Shown in pieces: positions 19,479 to 30,212 of a DNA stretch of 64,000 nucleotides; the first letter of the stretch is position 1, and every line of letters begins with the position of its first letter. The stretch spans positions 23,278-87,277 of the forward strand of contig JAAOZP010000019.1 in the NCBI GenBank assembly GCA_011605725.1. The letters run 5' to 3'. This DNA comes from Nitrososphaerota archaeon (lineage in GTDB: Archaea > Thermoproteota > EX4484-205 > JAAOZP01). The notes beneath the pieces are model-generated. The model worked only from the letters and a program-made list of their open reading frames with translations. It had not been told where the DNA came from and did no database searches. The position numbers and the translations under genes are program-made.

Positions 19479-21083
19479 TTAATATTCTTCCAGAACTCCT
19501 TTTCTCTTCCTCTGACTCTCGTAGAGTTCTCTAACCCTTTTTAAAGTATCTGCTTCAGACGGAGCCTTGTCACTTCTTATTCTGGTTATTCTTGCAAACC
19601 TTAGTGCGAAGCCAGACTTATACTTCGGGCTCCTCTGGATTTCGCTGTAGGCTACTTCAACAACTATCTCCGGCTTAACCCATACTGTATTATCCTCCTC
19701 TCTTATCTTAAGCTCCAGCAGCCTCCTGGTCATTTCCTCGAATTCCTCGTCAGTCAAGCCTTTGAAGGTTTTGCCCACTATCTCGTAGCCCCCGGTTTCC
19801 TCATCCAGCGCCGCGAGGAAATAGTCGCTTAACCAGCCTGTTCTCCTTCCATAACCCCATTGAGCCCCGATTATAACTAGGTCAAGGTAGTCTGCTGCCT
19901 TCAGCTTAAGCCACAGCCTGCCTCTGGTACCCGGCACGTAAGGACTGTTAAGAGCCTTAGCAACAACTCCTTCATGACCCTCCTCCAAGGCTTTCTTCAC
20001 GAACTCCTCGGCCTCTCTGATGCTTGACGTTACTATCCTCGGGGCAAGGTTCACTTTCTTCCCAATCTGTTCAAGCATGCTCCATCTCTGTGAGTACGCT
20101 TCATCTATCAACTGCTTACCGTTCAAGTAGATCACGTCGAAAACATATAGTTTAAGAGGTATTTTCTTCATCTCCTCTTCAATATTCTTAACCTTCGTGA
20201 ATCTTCTCATCAAATCCTGAAAGGGCAGCGGCCTGCCGTTTACACCTACAGCTATAACCTCCCCGTCGAGTATAACCTCTTCAGCGTCAACCCCGTTTAC
20301 AGCCTCGTCAACTATTTCAGGTATGCTGGCAGTAACGTCTGTCAAACGCCTGCTGAAAATCCTGACAGAACCATTCTTCTTATGAATCTGAACACGAGCC
20401 CCGTCAAACTTGTATTCGAAAGCAACATACTTATGATACTTAAAGACTTCTTCCACGCTATACACCATCTGTGCGAGCATGGGTTTCACCGGGTTGAAGA
20501 GCGTTAAGCCTATTCTTCTTAAGCCCTCTTCGCCGGAGGTTAAGGCGGTCTCAGCGACCTTTCCCAAGTTGCCGGAGAACATTAGGGCTCTTCTCACAAG
20601 GTCCAGACTGCTTCCCGAGGCTCTTGCAATAGCTTCAAGCATAACTCCCTCTCCGACTCCATGCTGCATTTCGCCGAAAATGTTCTTAACAATGTATTTT
20701 GCTTCAAGCTCAGAAGCTCTTTCAAGCATGGATCTTAAGATGAGCTCCTTATTCTCCCTCGATTTTAAGCCGCTGGCTCTCGCAATCTTTTCAAAATATT
20801 CTGCAACGTTCAGGATTGTCAGAGGCTTCTTGAAGAGGGGTGTCTGGGAGGGTGTTTCAAGGATTCTGCTTATCGTAGCGTATCCTATTTCAAGAGTCTT
20901 GGAAGAGGCTTCTGGGAATACTTCTCCAACAATCAGCAGCACGGCTGGACTTATCTCCTCTTTTCTCAGGCTCTTCAAGAACTCCCCTATCATTCTAATC
21001 TTCTCCAGTCTCCTAGTAGTCTCTGAAAGCTTTTCGCAAAGCTTAGCGAGCTCGATGAACAGCGTTTCCCCGTTTTCCCTCAT
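19479..21083 (-). CDS. lig: ATP-dependent DNA ligase
   Basis: EYKFDGAR (motif I), LDGE, FDVI, EGVVAK, WLKLK and LRFAR motifs. Confidence 0.95.
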   Translation of the reverse strand: MRENGETLFIELAKLCEKLSETTRRLEKIRMIGEFLKSLRKEEISPAVLLIVGEVFPEASSKTLEIGYATISRILETPSQTPLFKKPLTILNVAEYFEKIARASGLKSRENKELILRSMLERASELEAKYIVKNIFGEMQHGVGEGVMLEAIARASGSSLDLVRRALMFSGNLGKVAETALTSGEEGLRRIGLTLFNPVKPMLAQMVYSVEEVFKYHKYVAFEYKFDGARVQIHKKNGSVRIFSRRLTDVTASIPEIVDEAVNGVDAEEVILDGEVIAVGVNGRPLPFQDLMRRFTKVKNIEEEMKKIPLKLYVFDVIYLNGKQLIDEAYSQRWSMLEQIGKKVNLAPRIVTSSIREAEEFVKKALEEGHEGVVAKALNSPYVPGTRGRLWLKLKAADYLDLVIIGAQWGYGRRTGWLSDYFLAALDEETGGYEIVGKTFKGLTDEEFEEMTRRLLELKIREEDNTVWVKPEIVVEVAYSEIQRSPKYKSGFALRFARITRIRSDKAPSEADTLKRVRELYESQRKRKGVLEEY

Positions 21084-21115
21084 TTCCCTCTTCGAGTTCC
21101 TTTTTAAATCGTTCT

Positions 21116-22162
21116 TCAGGCTGATAAACCTTTTAGACCAAGCGCCTCATGATAGTTCTTAAGCGACCCGCCGTTCAACAGGGTTTTCAAAGCGGAAGCT
21201 AGTTTTAAAGCCATTCTTCTCTCCCAATCCCTCCCAAACCTCTTTTCCAGTTTTATCGCAGCACGTCTAAGAGCCTCCGCATTATTCCAGTTTCCGCTAA
21301 GAAGGTTAAAGACTTCTCCAACCTGTTTTGGAATGTCCAGTACGCTGGCTTCCTCACTATAATTATCCAGTAGGAGTGTCAAGTATTCGCCTACAGTAAC
21401 ATGTTTCCCCCTCCAGTAGAGCCTTGCAGCAGCCCCCATGCGTGCAGCCTCATCCCGTGTTTCAAGATAGGCTTCATGCGGCAAGTCGTTGCAGGGATCT
21501 CTACCGTTTCTCCAAGCTAACGCAAGGATTCTAAGTATGGTCATTACACTACAAACATAAGGTGGAATATTGCTGTCGCAAACTCTGAGTTCAAGCGTTG
21601 AAGGTTTATGCTTGTTCTCAGGATTGAAATTCATCTCTCTGTAATGATTCTGGTTTAAATCACCTTTAGCAACAGGAATACAATACCTACTGCCGCCGCG
21701 CATCAGCCTGTTAGAAGAGTATTCTGTTATCCTCCTTCTCCAGATAGGCGAGTTAGCGGAAACCGCTATGATGAAGGGAATGTGATCATGAATGTAGCTT
21801 GCAAGACTTGCAGCCTCTTCTCTTCTAAAACCCTTATCCTTAAAACCTAGGTGGAAATGGGTGCCTGCAAACCTGTCGTTCCATCCTCCTACTGGTAGTG
21901 GAAGAGCATTATCGGCAAGAGGTGAATCAGCATACTTCTCGAGCCCGCTGCTTATTGCTTGCAAAGCATCTTTCACGCTTTCAAAAGGCTTAGAAACGTA
22001 TTCTATGCCTATGCTTTTATCAACGGTAAACCTCTCCCCTGTTTTCGAAGGCTTTATACCCGGCGTGATAATGCGTCTCGATATTTTTCCATCTTTACTT
22101 AAAATAGTATAGCATTCTATTTCAACCCCTATTGTAATAGCCTCTTCCTCCTCAACCGACAC
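21116..22162 (-). CDS. Glutamate-cysteine ligase family (GCS2-like) carboxylate-amine ligase
   Basis: TIGVEIE, GTHFHLG, SANSP and TLELRVCD motifs. Confidence 0.8.
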   Translation of the reverse strand: MSVEEEEAITIGVEIECYTILSKDGKISRRIITPGIKPSKTGERFTVDKSIGIEYVSKPFESVKDALQAISSGLEKYADSPLADNALPLPVGGWNDRFAGTHFHLGFKDKGFRREEAASLASYIHDHIPFIIAVSANSPIWRRRITEYSSNRLMRGGSRYCIPVAKGDLNQNHYREMNFNPENKHKPSTLELRVCDSNIPPYVCSVMTILRILALAWRNGRDPCNDLPHEAYLETRDEAARMGAAARLYWRGKHVTVGEYLTLLLDNYSEEASVLDIPKQVGEVFNLLSGNWNNAEALRRAAIKLEKRFGRDWERRMALKLASALKTLLNGGSLKNYHEALGLKGLSA

Positions 22163-22953
22163 GTAGCAGGTGCTCTTCGTCTTCAGTACGGCTGGAAAAA
22201 GGCAAAATATAAATTTTATGCTATAATTAAATCTATTTTACTGTTTAAAAAGGAGCCCTTCCTTCACCATATTGATGATTTAAAAAGCTTTCTCTTTTTA
22301 AAGAGAATACGCGTACTCTGGCCATTATTCCTCCTCAAAAACAATGCTTGCTTTTCCTCATCCTCATTGACGGTAATTTTCACGGAAATACTCTGAGAAA
22401 AATCAAGAAGTTACACATTTCTTTAAAGAATAAAAGTTGCCCATGGAATAGGCTGCGAATCAAGCCTGATTGGCAACGACTAACCTGGAATGAGCTGTTT
22501 TTAGAAAACGTTTTTACCATGGAACAGTTAATTTTTAAAACACTTGGTGAAGATAATGCTTGTTTTTAAAGCAACACTGCACCATGTTTTTCAAGCAATG
22601 CTGAATCAAAGAGACTATTCAGGTTTAACAAGTTTTTAGACCAACAGTTTAAATCAGGCTCTTTCCTCCAGAATCATTGTTTGAAACAATAAAAGTTCAC
22701 TGTTTATGGAGAAATTCTTTTAGAAAAACGGTTGTTACAAGTTAGCAACCCTTATTTTAACCGTCTACACGTTTTACTCTTAGTAATCACGCCTAGGTTT
22801 CCCGGGTTTCTAACTGCGGCTTCATGAAGGTAGCCTTTTTAACCTTTAGCAGGTAGGTGAAACTCCTTGAAAACGCGTTTAAAAAGCCTTCAGAACCAGA
22901 TGCACCAGGCAAGGGTTCCATCAGCTTCAATCCATGGATTTTAGAAACCAGTG

Positions 22954-23502
22954 TTAATGGGTTATGCCTATTTTAGTGTAGAGTTCTCTCGGGCTCTTCG
23001 CCTCCACCACCAGGTTCACGAAATCAGCCCTGTTTACAAGCTCAGGAGGCACGTATCTGCCTGTTAAAACAATGTCTGTTTCCTCAGGGGCTTCGTCTAA
23101 CAGCTTCAAAACATCTTCAACTGAAACAAGGCCTATAAAGGCAGCTAGACCAATCTCGTCCAACACCAGTAGAGCCGGCTTCTCCTTTAGTTTTTCCCTA
23201 GCCAGGTCAATGCCTCTTCTAGCCATCTCCTTATCCTCCTCAGAAGGATTTTTGAGGTCCACCCACTCTTCTCTTCCAACCAGATGTATCTCGTACTCCG
23301 GCTGTAAACGTTCAGCTATCAAGTATTCTCCAGTATTTCTCCATCCCTTCATGAACTGTATTATCACGGCTTTCAAACCGTGGCCAACAGCCCTGACGGC
23401 TAAACCTATAGCGTTAGTCGTCTTACCTGCTCCCGTACCGGTGTAGAGGAATACCTTACCCAAGGGCCACACCTCCTTCAGGAAACGGGGCACACGCTCC
23501 AA
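22954..23502 (-). CDS. cobO: Cob(I)alamin adenosyltransferase
   Basis: YTGTGAGKTT, IIQFMKG, VLDEI and VLTGR motifs; overlaps the end of the B12-dependent RNR. Confidence 0.9.
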   Translation of the reverse strand: MERVPRFLKEVWPLGKVFLYTGTGAGKTTNAIGLAVRAVGHGLKAVIIQFMKGWRNTGEYLIAERLQPEYEIHLVGREEWVDLKNPSEEDKEMARRGIDLAREKLKEKPALLVLDEIGLAAFIGLVSVEDVLKLLDEAPEETDIVLTGRYVPPELVNRADFVNLVVEAKSPRELYTKIGITH

Positions 23503-26500
23503 CCGCAGTCAATGCAGGTTAAACACCCTCCCTCTTTAACCAGTCTTTTACTACCGCAGCTCGGGCATTCAGCATACTCGTCATTATTCTTGTTAATAAT
23601 TACAACAGGTTTCTCCGAGGCAGTTGCTGTCTTTGAGGAAGCATCTTTAGATTCTTCCCCGAAACCCTTTATATCTATTCCCAGGGTTCTCGCGATTTCA
23701 ATGGTTGAGTTGTCCACGATCTTCGCGTACTTCCCTAGTTTCGATGAAGGTGTTACTAAGACTTGGTAGGGAAGGGAGCCGTCACGGTAAACGGTAACCC
23801 CCTTTACTCCCATTGCACGTGCCAGAGTGAAAGCTTTCTGAACATCCTCCACAGTAACCCAGTTCGGCATGTTTATGGTTTTACTGACCGCGGCGCAAAT
23901 CCACTTCGTAAACTCCGCCTGCGCTCTCACATGGTCCCACCAAGGTATGTCGTACGCGGTTAGAAATACGCGGCGCAGCTCCTCAGGTAAGTCGAGGCCC
24001 ATAAGCGAGCCGCCGTTGTCTGAAATCAGCTTAAGCGTCTTCTCATCGTAAAGCCCATTCTCCCTAAGCGCGTTCTCAAACTCAACATCAACGTAGTAGA
24101 AGGTTCCTACACTAACCCTCTTCTCATATATTAGGGCGAACTGCGGCTCTATCCCGGAGGATACGTCGACCAGCATTGAGATGGAGCCGGTTGGCGCTAT
24201 AGTGGTTACCTCAGCATTCCTTATTCCAAACCTCATTATCTCCTGCTGAAGCTCAACCCAGGGCAGCGTCTGCCAGTCCTTATGGTAGAAGCCTTCTATA
24301 GGCATCTCGCCGTCAGGATAGGATGAATCCTTATACAGCGGGAAGGCGCCGCGCTCCTTGGAAAGCCTGCAGGACTCTTTCATAGCGTAGAAAGTCAGGT
24401 GCTCAGCTATCCTGCTCATCATCCTAAAGCCCTCCTCGCTATTGTAAGGTATTCTCAGGGCGAAGAGCAAGTCAGCCAAGCCCATGACGCCTAAACCAAC
24501 CTTCCTGGTGAGCTTAGTCGCGCGGTCTATCTCGCTTAAAGGAAGCTTGTTCACATCTATCACGTTGTCTAGAAACCTTAAGGCAATTCCAACTACACGG
24601 CTAAACTCTTCCCAGTCGAAGAAGACCCCTCCTCTACTCTTCTTCAAAAAAGCATAAAGGTTTATCGAACCCAGGTTACATGACTCATAGGGATATAAAG
24701 GCTCCTCACCGCAGTTGTGGTTGACGAGGCCGTTCCCCAAGAAGTTATGATAGATCGGAACTGTAAAATCATAGAAGTCTACCAACCCAGCGTCTTTGAT
24801 AGAGGATACAGTAGCCCATAAAGAATCCCTCTTAGTTTTCTCTAGGGAGAGTTTCTCTAACTTGCTTACGCTTTCAAACCCTACAAGTTCCTTGAATATC
24901 TTCCTGCTATATCCGTTTATAACTAGCTCATAATAGCCAGAGGTTTTGTAACTTTTTTCATCGCCATCATTAGTGGTATAGAGGAATTCTCTAATGTATG
25001 GTCTCTTATAGATTTTTGATGCTATGCCGAGGGTTGCCAAGAGTAGTTGAACTTCCTTGAGCAACTGCAGGCTGGCACTAGCCAGCCTCACGGCACTGTC
25101 GTTATCTACATAACCGTCAGCGGTGAAGAGGCCTCTGAGGAAAGATACTAAAGATCTTTGGCTTAGCTTCCAAACAACCTCTGGAAGTCTTCTGTCTCTG
25201 CTTCTCTCCATGAAAGCCCCCGTAAGATTCATAATGTTCTTGTATACTGTTGTTCCCTCGTTATACTGTATCTTATGCTCGCTTTCACTCAGAACGTAAG
25301 TATGGGATAAGGGATTTCCTCCAATCTTCTCTATACTCCTCCTCAAGCGTTCCTCAGCCGCTTTATCATCTTTGCTGAAAAACCAGGAAACGTAGTGTCT
25401 GTTAAGCGAGCCGTTTCCAACTAGCCATCCTAACGCGAATGACACATCCTCATCGACATCATAACTCCCCCTGTAAACATGCTCCAGGAACCATGGATGC
25501 AATCTTCCTATTAGTACTTTATCGTTTGGCGCAAGATCCTTAGCTTTTTTCCATCCTTCCGAGGTTAGTAATTTATGATCATGAGTAACGGTCAATTCAT
25601 ACCCTTCCTCCGTCCTCACAGTTAAACCAGGCTTCTTACCTACGTGCCAGACCCATGCTTCTACTTCCTTGGGAATAAGAAGATTCAGCTCTTTCTCGTG
25701 AATAGTCCTGTACACCACCTCTTTTCCTTCTATAGTTATTAGCTTCGTCCTGTAGGCTTGAGGCTCGCCCCCTTCACCTAATAACTTTTCATCGACAGCC
25801 ACAGCTTTAACCGGGCTGGAGACCTTAACCTTGTGGAATAGCTCATCCGCTCTAATCCATCCGTCGGGAGTAAGAACCCTCGTATTGCCGGAAACGCAAG
25901 GGTTAGTGGATTTTATAGGACCCTTATGCTTCGCCATTACGTTTCTCCTGTTAATGTTCTCGAGAAAGAGGACCCCAGGATCACCTGTCCTCCAAGCCAT
26001 TTCAGCTATTTTCCAAAAAACGTCTTTGGCACGAACCGTCTTCCAAACCTTTCCGTCCCTCGGGTTTACGAGTGGATAGGGCACGTCCTTCTCCAAGTAA
26101 TCCCAGAAATCATCCTTTATGAGGACAGATATGTTGAAGTTTTCGAGTTTCCCGCGTTCAGACTTGGCTGTTATGAACGCCTCTATATCCGGATGGTTAA
26201 TCTCCAGAATACCCATGTTTGCACCCCTCCTCTTACCCCCTTGTTTAACCACATCCGTAACAGTGTCTATTATTCGCATGAAGGAAACCGGGCCGCTGGC
26301 CACTCCAGAAGTGCTGGAAACAATGTCTCCAGCAGGCCTCAGCTTAGAATAGTTTATCCCTATTCCACCACCCGATTTAAAGATGATCGCCGCCTGGGTT
26401 GCAGCGTTCATGATTGATTCGATATTGTCTTCAACGTCAAGCACGAAGCATGCTGACAGCTGGCCAAGCCTTGTTCCAGCGTTAAACAGCGTCGGAGAAT

Positions 26501-27275
26501 TCGGCATGAATTTTTTAGAAACCATAATATCGTAATAGGCTTTAAAATTCTCATAGTATTTTTCAAACTCGCCTGAAATAAGCATTCCGAGAAAACCACT
26601 CCACGAAACCTTCATCCTGCCCTGGGAATTAAGCTCATCGTAAAGAGCCTTCATGCGCTCTAAATGATGCTCATTCCAGGTGACGGCATACCCGTTTCCA
26701 CTCTTCCCTAAGCCAAGCTTGTTAGCATAGTGGCTGGCGTTAAACTCCTCCTTCGGAAACACTGGTAACCCTCCTTCCTTAAAGAATATTCTCTGGTCAT
26801 GAAGAATATCCGGTATTACAACGGCTAAGGCAACTCTTTGAAACAACTGTTTAGGAGACTCCACAAGCTTACCGTTCTCATCCTTAAGAAGATAACGGCT
26901 TACAAGCAGCCTGATCGCGTTAACAGAAAACTCCTTGTCAACCTCATCCACAAAGCTTTTCTGGAGAAGAGCCTTCTTCTCCTCCCTTATTCTCTCCCTC
27001 TCCTTCCTGTATAGGATATAGGCTTTAGCAACATCGTAAAGATCGAACTTCATGAGGGCTAGCTCAACCACGTCCTGAATATCCTCGACATGCGGAGTCT
27101 CTCCTCCCTCATACTTCCTGTTTAAAACGTTTAAAACATAGTTGACAACCTTCTCCAAAGCCTTCTCATCATACTGTTTCACGCTCACCATGGCCTTCGC
27201 GATAGCGTTCCTAATCCTGTCAGGGTCGAAATCCACGATCCTACCGTCCCTCTTAACAACCTTCCTTTTCTCCAT
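23478..27275 (-). CDS. nrdJ: Class II (adenosylcobalamin-dependent) ribonucleotide reductase with ATP cone and one intein
   Basis: VVKRDG ATP cone, PNSPTLFNAG, LSACF, TNP|CGE split by the intein, TIAPTGSIS, C-terminal Cys ribbon. Confidence 0.95.
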   Translation of the reverse strand: MEKRKVVKRDGRIVDFDPDRIRNAIAKAMVSVKQYDEKALEKVVNYVLNVLNRKYEGGETPHVEDIQDVVELALMKFDLYDVAKAYILYRKERERIREEKKALLQKSFVDEVDKEFSVNAIRLLVSRYLLKDENGKLVESPKQLFQRVALAVVIPDILHDQRIFFKEGGLPVFPKEEFNASHYANKLGLGKSGNGYAVTWNEHHLERMKALYDELNSQGRMKVSWSGFLGMLISGEFEKYYENFKAYYDIMVSKKFMPNSPTLFNAGTRLGQLSACFVLDVEDNIESIMNAATQAAIIFKSGGGIGINYSKLRPAGDIVSSTSGVASGPVSFMRIIDTVTDVVKQGGKRRGANMGILEINHPDIEAFITAKSERGKLENFNISVLIKDDFWDYLEKDVPYPLVNPRDGKVWKTVRAKDVFWKIAEMAWRTGDPGVLFLENINRRNVMAKHKGPIKSTNPCVSGNTRVLTPDGWIRADELFHKVKVSSPVKAVAVDEKLLGEGGEPQAYRTKLITIEGKEVVYRTIHEKELNLLIPKEVEAWVWHVGKKPGLTVRTEEGYELTVTHDHKLLTSEGWKKAKDLAPNDKVLIGRLHPWFLEHVYRGSYDVDEDVSFALGWLVGNGSLNRHYVSWFFSKDDKAAEERLRRSIEKIGGNPLSHTYVLSESEHKIQYNEGTTVYKNIMNLTGAFMERSRDRRLPEVVWKLSQRSLVSFLRGLFTADGYVDNDSAVRLASASLQLLKEVQLLLATLGIASKIYKRPYIREFLYTTNDGDEKSYKTSGYYELVINGYSRKIFKELVGFESVSKLEKLSLEKTKRDSLWATVSSIKDAGLVDFYDFTVPIYHNFLGNGLVNHNCGEEPLYPYESCNLGSINLYAFLKKSRGGVFFDWEEFSRVVGIALRFLDNVIDVNKLPLSEIDRATKLTRKVGLGVMGLADLLFALRIPYNSEEGFRMMSRIAEHLTFYAMKESCRLSKERGAFPLYKDSSYPDGEMPIEGFYHKDWQTLPWVELQQEIMRFGIRNAEVTTIAPTGSISMLVDVSSGIEPQFALIYEKRVSVGTFYYVDVEFENALRENGLYDEKTLKLISDNGGSLMGLDLPEELRRVFLTAYDIPWWDHVRAQAEFTKWICAAVSKTINMPNWVTVEDVQKAFTLARAMGVKGVTVYRDGSLPYQVLVTPSSKLGKYAKIVDNSTIEIARTLGIDIKGFGEESKDASSKTATASEKPVVIINKNNDEYAECPSCGSKRLVKEGGCLTCIDCGWSVCPVS
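24714..25898 (-). mobile_element. Intein (395 aa) with LAGLIDADG homing endonuclease domain, at the RNR active-site NP/CGE
   Basis: Starts CVSGNTRV, ends GLVNHN followed by Cys+1; TxDH block B; FALGWLVGNG and FLRGLFTADG motifs. Confidence 0.93.
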
Positions 27276-27409
27276 CGGAGCTTAAGCTCGGCTACGAGTA
27301 TTAAAACATTAAACGATTTTTTCCGTGCTTAATTAATCGGGGAATAATAGTGAAACAATTATTCTTCAAAGTTAACCCGCTGATCACCCTGTTTAAAAAG
27401 GTTGAAAAG

Positions 27410-27518
27410 CGTCGGGGGCGGGATTTGAACCCGCACGGCCCACAGGGGCCACGAGCTTAGCAGGCTCGCGGTGTATCATTATACATCTCGCGCCTTAACC
27501 AGGTTTGGCTACCCCGAC
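27410..27518 (-). tRNA. tRNA-Ser(GCT) with non-canonical 22-nt intron (about 30/31; 27465-27486)
   Basis: Acceptor GTCGGGG/CCCCGAC, long variable arm, anticodon loop CTGCTAA; insert forms a BHB-like structure with a CGCG/CGCG central helix. Confidence 0.88.
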
Positions 27519-27669
27519 GTCTAAAATAGTTTAACATACAGGGTCAAATAAAGCTTTTACTCTTGATACGCTGCCGGTGCCCGTTATTCCAGTATATGTT
27601 GAAGATCGCGTCGCGCAGTGTTGCCCGAGCCTCGACCACTAGTTCCATGTTTAAGCCGGTAGGGTTGGC

Positions 27670-30111
27670 TTACTGTTCTTCTAAACGTATTTCCCAGCGT
27701 AAAGGATGCTCTGTGGAAACCATCGGGATTATTATGGAACCGTTTGCCCCATGCTGCACAGACGCTGGACGATTGTCAACAGTGGCTTCAACCCTCTTCG
27801 TAGAAATGCCTGTTGCGACGATAAAGCCTAGTTGACCCACCGGCCGCTGCAACTCTCCTTTCAACACTTTTCCCGTCTCGTCCCAAGTTACGTTACGCAG
27901 CTCGCCGCCGCTTGTTAAATGGAAGCTTGTTCCAACAATCCAAGGGTGTTGACGCTTTTCCCGGATTGCTAACACTCTGACTGCAGGACCGAAGAACGTA
28001 ACCTGCAGAGTCTCTTCCGTAGCGCTCCATAGGAGTTTCCCAGCATCCCCCGGATGCGTATAACTGTTCCGCAGACGTTTCGAAGGAGCTTCCCCTAGAA
28101 ACTGGCTTGACCAGAATTCGTAGACCCAGTATCTCCTGTCCGGGTTTAAACCTAGCAAGCTCCAGGGAATGTTGAACCTTGTTATCAGGTGCTCTCTGCC
28201 CTCCCTGGTTTTAGGAGGATCCCATGCGAATAGGCTAACGATAATCCAGCTGTCCCATTCAGTATCCACCCGTTGCACCCAGATGTTTCCCCCTTCCTCC
28301 TCAATGTTTCCTGCTGAGGCCTCCCTGCCGCTGCGACTCATTTCCTCGTATGACAATTGTTCAACAGTAACTGGTTCGAAAAGGTCTACTGGTTTAGCTG
28401 AGAACCCGGCTGGCGGCAGTATTGAGAGCAGGACTTGCCACCTCTCTTCAGGCAGAGTAGTAAGATCATCGCTAATACTGATCTCACCCCCTGACAAGAA
28501 TGCTACGGTGGCGCGGATCCTTGCCTCCTCAAGCGTGCCGGGTGGGCCGACGCAGAGGCAGGAAGGCTCGATTATCCCCAGCCTATGGTTCTTCCATAAA
28601 TGGGATGCGACAGCCCTATAGTTTTCCTTCATGAACTGCCAAGTAACGTATCCGGTGTTACCAGTGTCGTTACAAGTGTAGAGTAGCTGGAAATACCCTA
28701 GGCCGCATGGCTCATAGGGGTTGCAGTTTAAAACTAAGCACTCCGGGTCAATGCTTCTCAAGGTTTCAGCGATTATCCTGCATCCTAGGCGTGCAGCCTC
28801 AACACCTCCCCCGGCTACGATTCTCCTGTTATACCTGTTGCGTAGACGCGGGTTGCACGGGCCATTCATAAAGTCGAGCTTGAAGTATTTGACTCCTTTT
28901 TTAGCCAGTGAAGCCATTTTTTCACGAAGATAGTTTTGCGCCTCAGGATGCGTAAGATCCAAGGCGTAAACCTTCCCATACGGTTTCCAGAACCATGTCC
29001 AGTACGGAGCCGGCTTCTCCTTCTCGTCTCCGAGAAGCCACTCTGGATGTTGAGCAGCAACAGGGTCATGCTCGCTGATTACGAAAGGCGCTTTCCAAAC
29101 CCCAAGGTTGAAACCCATTTTTCCAAGCTGTTCCGACAGCCATTTCAACCCGTGTAGGAACTGCTTGTTCTCGTCGTATGAGCTTGGCAAATAGTCCTTC
29201 TCCCAGCCTAGGTCAACCTGAATATTCTTAAGACCTAGGCTCTTCAAACGCTCAGCCCCAATCCTCGCATTTTCTAAAACGTGCTCCTCGTTGACGCTTA
29301 GGCGGAAAGGGTACCAGCTGCACCAGCTTACCGGAGGGTTTTTCAAGGGCATGATACCGTGTTTCCTCCTGATCAAGTCTCCAAACTCCTCGAGAAGAAG
29401 CCAAGGATCCTCCCCAATCATCAGTATAACGTCCTCCAGCTTAACGGTCTCCCCTGGGTCCACTGTTAAGTCGCCAGCGTCAAAACCCATTTTCCAACCA
29501 GTAACCCCTAGGGACGCGTTGAACCCTGCTTCAACCATGCCGAGCCATCTTTCAAACGTTAGGAAACCCGCTAGGAAAGCCATTCTGTCAAAAGGATTAT
29601 AGACTTCCCAGCATAGCTGTGAAGACCCTTGGATTTCTCTTGAAACCTGCTCCACCGCCTCACTGCTAGGCTTCGGGCTTCGGCTTAGTTTTCGAACATG
29701 CCCCCAGTATCCGCCGTCCTCGTAAACCCGGGCCTCCTCCTGTCTTGTTCCGAACGAGGCTTCACCCAGCCCTGTGGTTTCAAGAAGAGACAGCTCGTTG
29801 AGACATGTAGACTCGTTCGTCAGGTTTTGAAAGAGGCTGTTTATTTCCAGAAAGTTCTGATGGTTAATGATCTCCTGAACTATTTTCGCACCAGCGTTTT
29901 TAAAAACCCAAATCATTCTTAAGCCATCCCTGTTCTCCAGCCTCTCTACTCTAAGCTCTTCCGGGTAATGTTTCCGCCCGCTTAAGCAGACGTGACACTT
30001 TAGCGAACCGATTTTAAACCCTGGCCAGTGCGTTGAGGAAAGACGCCAAGCCGATTCTCCCGTTTCAACCTCGAATAGTCCGGTTGAAAACGCGGTTTCC
30101 ATGCTCACCAC
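27670..30111 (-). CDS. Alpha-galactosidase-like glycoside hydrolase (GH36/GH27 clan)
   Basis: WCSWY, IQVDLGW and YFKLDF motifs. Confidence 0.85.
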   Translation of the reverse strand: MVSMETAFSTGLFEVETGESAWRLSSTHWPGFKIGSLKCHVCLSGRKHYPEELRVERLENRDGLRMIWVFKNAGAKIVQEIINHQNFLEINSLFQNLTNESTCLNELSLLETTGLGEASFGTRQEEARVYEDGGYWGHVRKLSRSPKPSSEAVEQVSREIQGSSQLCWEVYNPFDRMAFLAGFLTFERWLGMVEAGFNASLGVTGWKMGFDAGDLTVDPGETVKLEDVILMIGEDPWLLLEEFGDLIRRKHGIMPLKNPPVSWCSWYPFRLSVNEEHVLENARIGAERLKSLGLKNIQVDLGWEKDYLPSSYDENKQFLHGLKWLSEQLGKMGFNLGVWKAPFVISEHDPVAAQHPEWLLGDEKEKPAPYWTWFWKPYGKVYALDLTHPEAQNYLREKMASLAKKGVKYFKLDFMNGPCNPRLRNRYNRRIVAGGGVEAARLGCRIIAETLRSIDPECLVLNCNPYEPCGLGYFQLLYTCNDTGNTGYVTWQFMKENYRAVASHLWKNHRLGIIEPSCLCVGPPGTLEEARIRATVAFLSGGEISISDDLTTLPEERWQVLLSILPPAGFSAKPVDLFEPVTVEQLSYEEMSRSGREASAGNIEEEGGNIWVQRVDTEWDSWIIVSLFAWDPPKTREGREHLITRFNIPWSLLGLNPDRRYWVYEFWSSQFLGEAPSKRLRNSYTHPGDAGKLLWSATEETLQVTFFGPAVRVLAIREKRQHPWIVGTSFHLTSGGELRNVTWDETGKVLKGELQRPVGQLGFIVATGISTKRVEATVDNRPASVQHGANGSIIIPMVSTEHPLRWEIRLEEQ

Positions 30112-30212
30112 GCTTCAACAGTCTACGTGAAAAACAGTAGTTAAGCATTGTGCCCCGGTTTCTCGATTCAGACACGCGTTTAAAACAAGCGTCACGCGTG
30201 CTCCATGTTTAA

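Noticed and set aside
22200-22950. 750-bp AT-rich gap containing ORF 22348-22569
   Set aside because: No recognisable protein motif, RNA structure or repeat; cannot support a call.
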